A stretch of 64,000 bases of DNA, from IMG/VR virus record IMGVR_UViG_3300025909_000005, one strand, 5' to 3'. Made by a program: the position numbers and the translations under genes. Each line of letters begins with the position of its first letter. The stretch's first letter is position 1. Of the stretch, positions 62,346-64,000 are shown piece after piece. This DNA comes from a virus. Lineage: Duplodnaviria; Caudoviricetes. The notes beneath the pieces were generated by a model that was not told the DNA's origin, made no database searches, and was given only the letters and a program-made list of their open reading frames with translations.

Positions 62346-63171
62346 GCTGCTTGCCCTACTCGCACTCGTGGCCGGTGCCAACGCGAGCGCCGCTCGTCTG
62401 CCACAAGTTGCGCCACTTCCACTGGACCAGTGCAAGTCTCAGGCCCTCTACGGGTTCCCGACGACTACGAAGCCAAACGTTACGATCGTGTGTCGCGCTG
62501 GCTACGTGACAGCTTACGACACCGTCAACAAGACGCCCGTGTGGGAAGCCTACGTCCTGACTCCCGAGCACGCCACTGGCTGCTCGAAGCGGTCGAACGC
62601 GTTCGCACATGACGACTCCGTTCCACAGTCTGGAAACCCGAAGGACTTCGCAGGGGTTCTCATCAAGCGGCCGGATGGCACGGTGTACGGCATCGACCTT
62701 GGTCACGGCGTGAACGACTTCGACCAACGCTGGTCAGACCTCAGCGAGCAGCAGTCGTTCCTCATGACGAACATGTGGGTGCAGTTCGCTCAGTTCAATC
62801 GTGGCGTCTGGAAGAAGCTCGAGGACTCGACTCGTGGCTGGGCTGTCACACGTGGCCATCCGATCCAGATCTACATCTCGGCCCAGTATGGCCCTACGAG
62901 CCAGCACATCCCAGCTGGTGAGGTCGTGCCCGAGAAGTTCACCAAGATCCTGATCGACACGGTCACCGGTGAAACGGCCATCTTTGACTTCGAGCACAAG
63001 GCTTGGCCAAAGGCTGACCTCAACCAGTTCCTGGCACCGATCGCTCAGGTGCAGGCCGAAGACCAAGTCACGTTCCCACTTCCTGCAAACCACTCCTACG
63101 TCTCACAGATCTGGGAGCGCACGATGAAGAACGTGAACAAACTTCATGCAGAGGTCTGCCCACTCCAATAA
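62338..63171 (+). CDS. secreted DNA/RNA non-specific endonuclease (NucA/EndA family)
   Basis: signal peptide; TPVWEAYVL, DLGH, SFLMTNM..Q..FNRGVWKKLE. Confidence 0.82.
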   Translation: MNKLLALLALVAGANASAARLPQVAPLPLDQCKSQALYGFPTTTKPNVTIVCRAGYVTAYDTVNKTPVWEAYVLTPEHATGCSKRSNAFAHDDSVPQSGNPKDFAGVLIKRPDGTVYGIDLGHGVNDFDQRWSDLSEQQSFLMTNMWVQFAQFNRGVWKKLEDSTRGWAVTRGHPIQIYISAQYGPTSQHIPAGEVVPEKFTKILIDTVTGETAIFDFEHKAWPKADLNQFLAPIAQVQAEDQVTFPLPANHSYVSQIWERTMKNVNKLHAEVCPLQ

Positions 63172-63200
63172 ATAGGTCTCCAATCCTAAGGAGACACTAG

Positions 63201-63614
63201 ATGGAATTCGAACTCAAGAAGCTGCAAGCCCTCGCAGAAGCCAAGCGCCACAAGAAGAAGCCAGTCGACATGGACGACGATGGCGACAAGGACGATGACG
63301 CGAAGCGCTTTGGTGCACCTCGTGCAAAGAAGGTTGCGGACGCAGAGCGCCCATCCACGAAGGGTGCCAAGGCTGACCTCGACGAAGCACGTCGCCACAA
63401 GGCCAAGGCTCTCACCGACAACGAAGACCCACGCGTAGCCGCTGGCGAGAAGAAGAACGGCAAGGCAGCCGCTCTCGGTGCGCCAGATGCCAAGCGAGTC
63501 AAGGTCAAGGCTGAGCCACCTGTTGCCGTCGGCAAGGGCAAGGCACCGATGAAGGGCAAGGGTTCTCTTGCCAAGGTCGAAGCCGCAGCAGCTGCTTACA
63601 AGGGCAAGAAGTGA
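63201..63614 (+). CDS. Lys/Ala/Asp-rich late protein
   Basis: late promoter 63169, RBS TAAGGAG. Confidence 0.7.
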   Translation: MEFELKKLQALAEAKRHKKKPVDMDDDGDKDDDAKRFGAPRAKKVADAERPSTKGAKADLDEARRHKAKALTDNEDPRVAAGEKKNGKAAALGAPDAKRVKVKAEPPVAVGKGKAPMKGKGSLAKVEAAAAAYKGKK

Positions 63615-63754
63615 GCTGGCCAAATGGAGGCTCTCGCTGAGCGCGCGCACGGATAATAGCATTAGTGGCTAGATAGCACCAAGTAAAGGGCTCCCTCGTA
63701 GAGCCCTTTCTCTTGCCCGGGCCAATAAATACCCCACATAACGGAGAACACCCA

Positions 63755-64000
63755 ATGGCTTTTACCCACCTCAAAGAACTCGTCAGCCTGAACGAGAGCC
63801 GTCCAGGCAATGGCTTCTTCCAAGAAGCCCGTCAGTACGGCGACCAGAGCGAGTTTTCGGATGAGTTCTACGACCTTCTCACACAGATCACCAAGATGAA
63901 GAAGGTCATGAAGAACCCGAAGTGGATCGACTACATGCAGACCTTCGATCGTCAGAACGACTCTTCGACTGAAGGCCCAGCCAAGGACGCAAAGTCGTTC
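63755..64000 (+). CDS. late protein, truncated by the window end
   Basis: late promoter 63726, RBS GGAG, open to window end. Confidence 0.65.
   Translation, partial: MAFTHLKELVSLNESRPGNGFFQEARQYGDQSEFSDEFYDLLTQITKMKKVMKNPKWIDYMQTFDRQNDSSTEGPAKDAKSF

Overview
A 64 kb stretch of a large, GC-rich lytic phage genome with T4-like features. Almost all genes are on the + strand and densely packed. There are sigma70-type TAYAAT promoters and T4 gp55-type TAAATA late promoters, and no structural core genes in this window. Host-like genes hint at a betaproteobacterial (Burkholderiales-like) host; this is inference. Accessory metabolism includes an ABC ATPase and a TAXI-type binding protein, NAD salvage (NadM-Nudix and NAMPT), a divergent PurA, two vWA proteins, a UvrD-like helicase, GroES, NADAR, a metallophosphatase, an HD nucleotidase, a non-specific nuclease and a glycosyltransferase. 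The centre of the window (15.6-35.6 kb) is an RNA-biology island with about 30 tRNAs and several tRNA-like or unexplained structured RNAs. The most notable observations, all read by eye and needing computational confirmation, are: (1) two amber (CUA) suppressor tRNAs next to two tRNA-recycling/repair-type genes (PTH2-like and HD-domain), each with an in-frame TAG at codon 4 or 3 behind a strong RBS, which suggests an amber-gated expression module in a genome that otherwise keeps TAG as a stop; (2) a complete type-A RNase P RNA gene at 35162-35564; (3) a circularly permuted two-piece tmRNA with tag ANDSNYAIAA; (4) an rrn-like tandem-promoter, boxB-boxA leader in front of the tRNA array; (5) a circularly permuted tRNA-like module; and (6) a CCA-adding enzyme. 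Together these suggest a largely self-contained phage tRNA maturation and rescue system.
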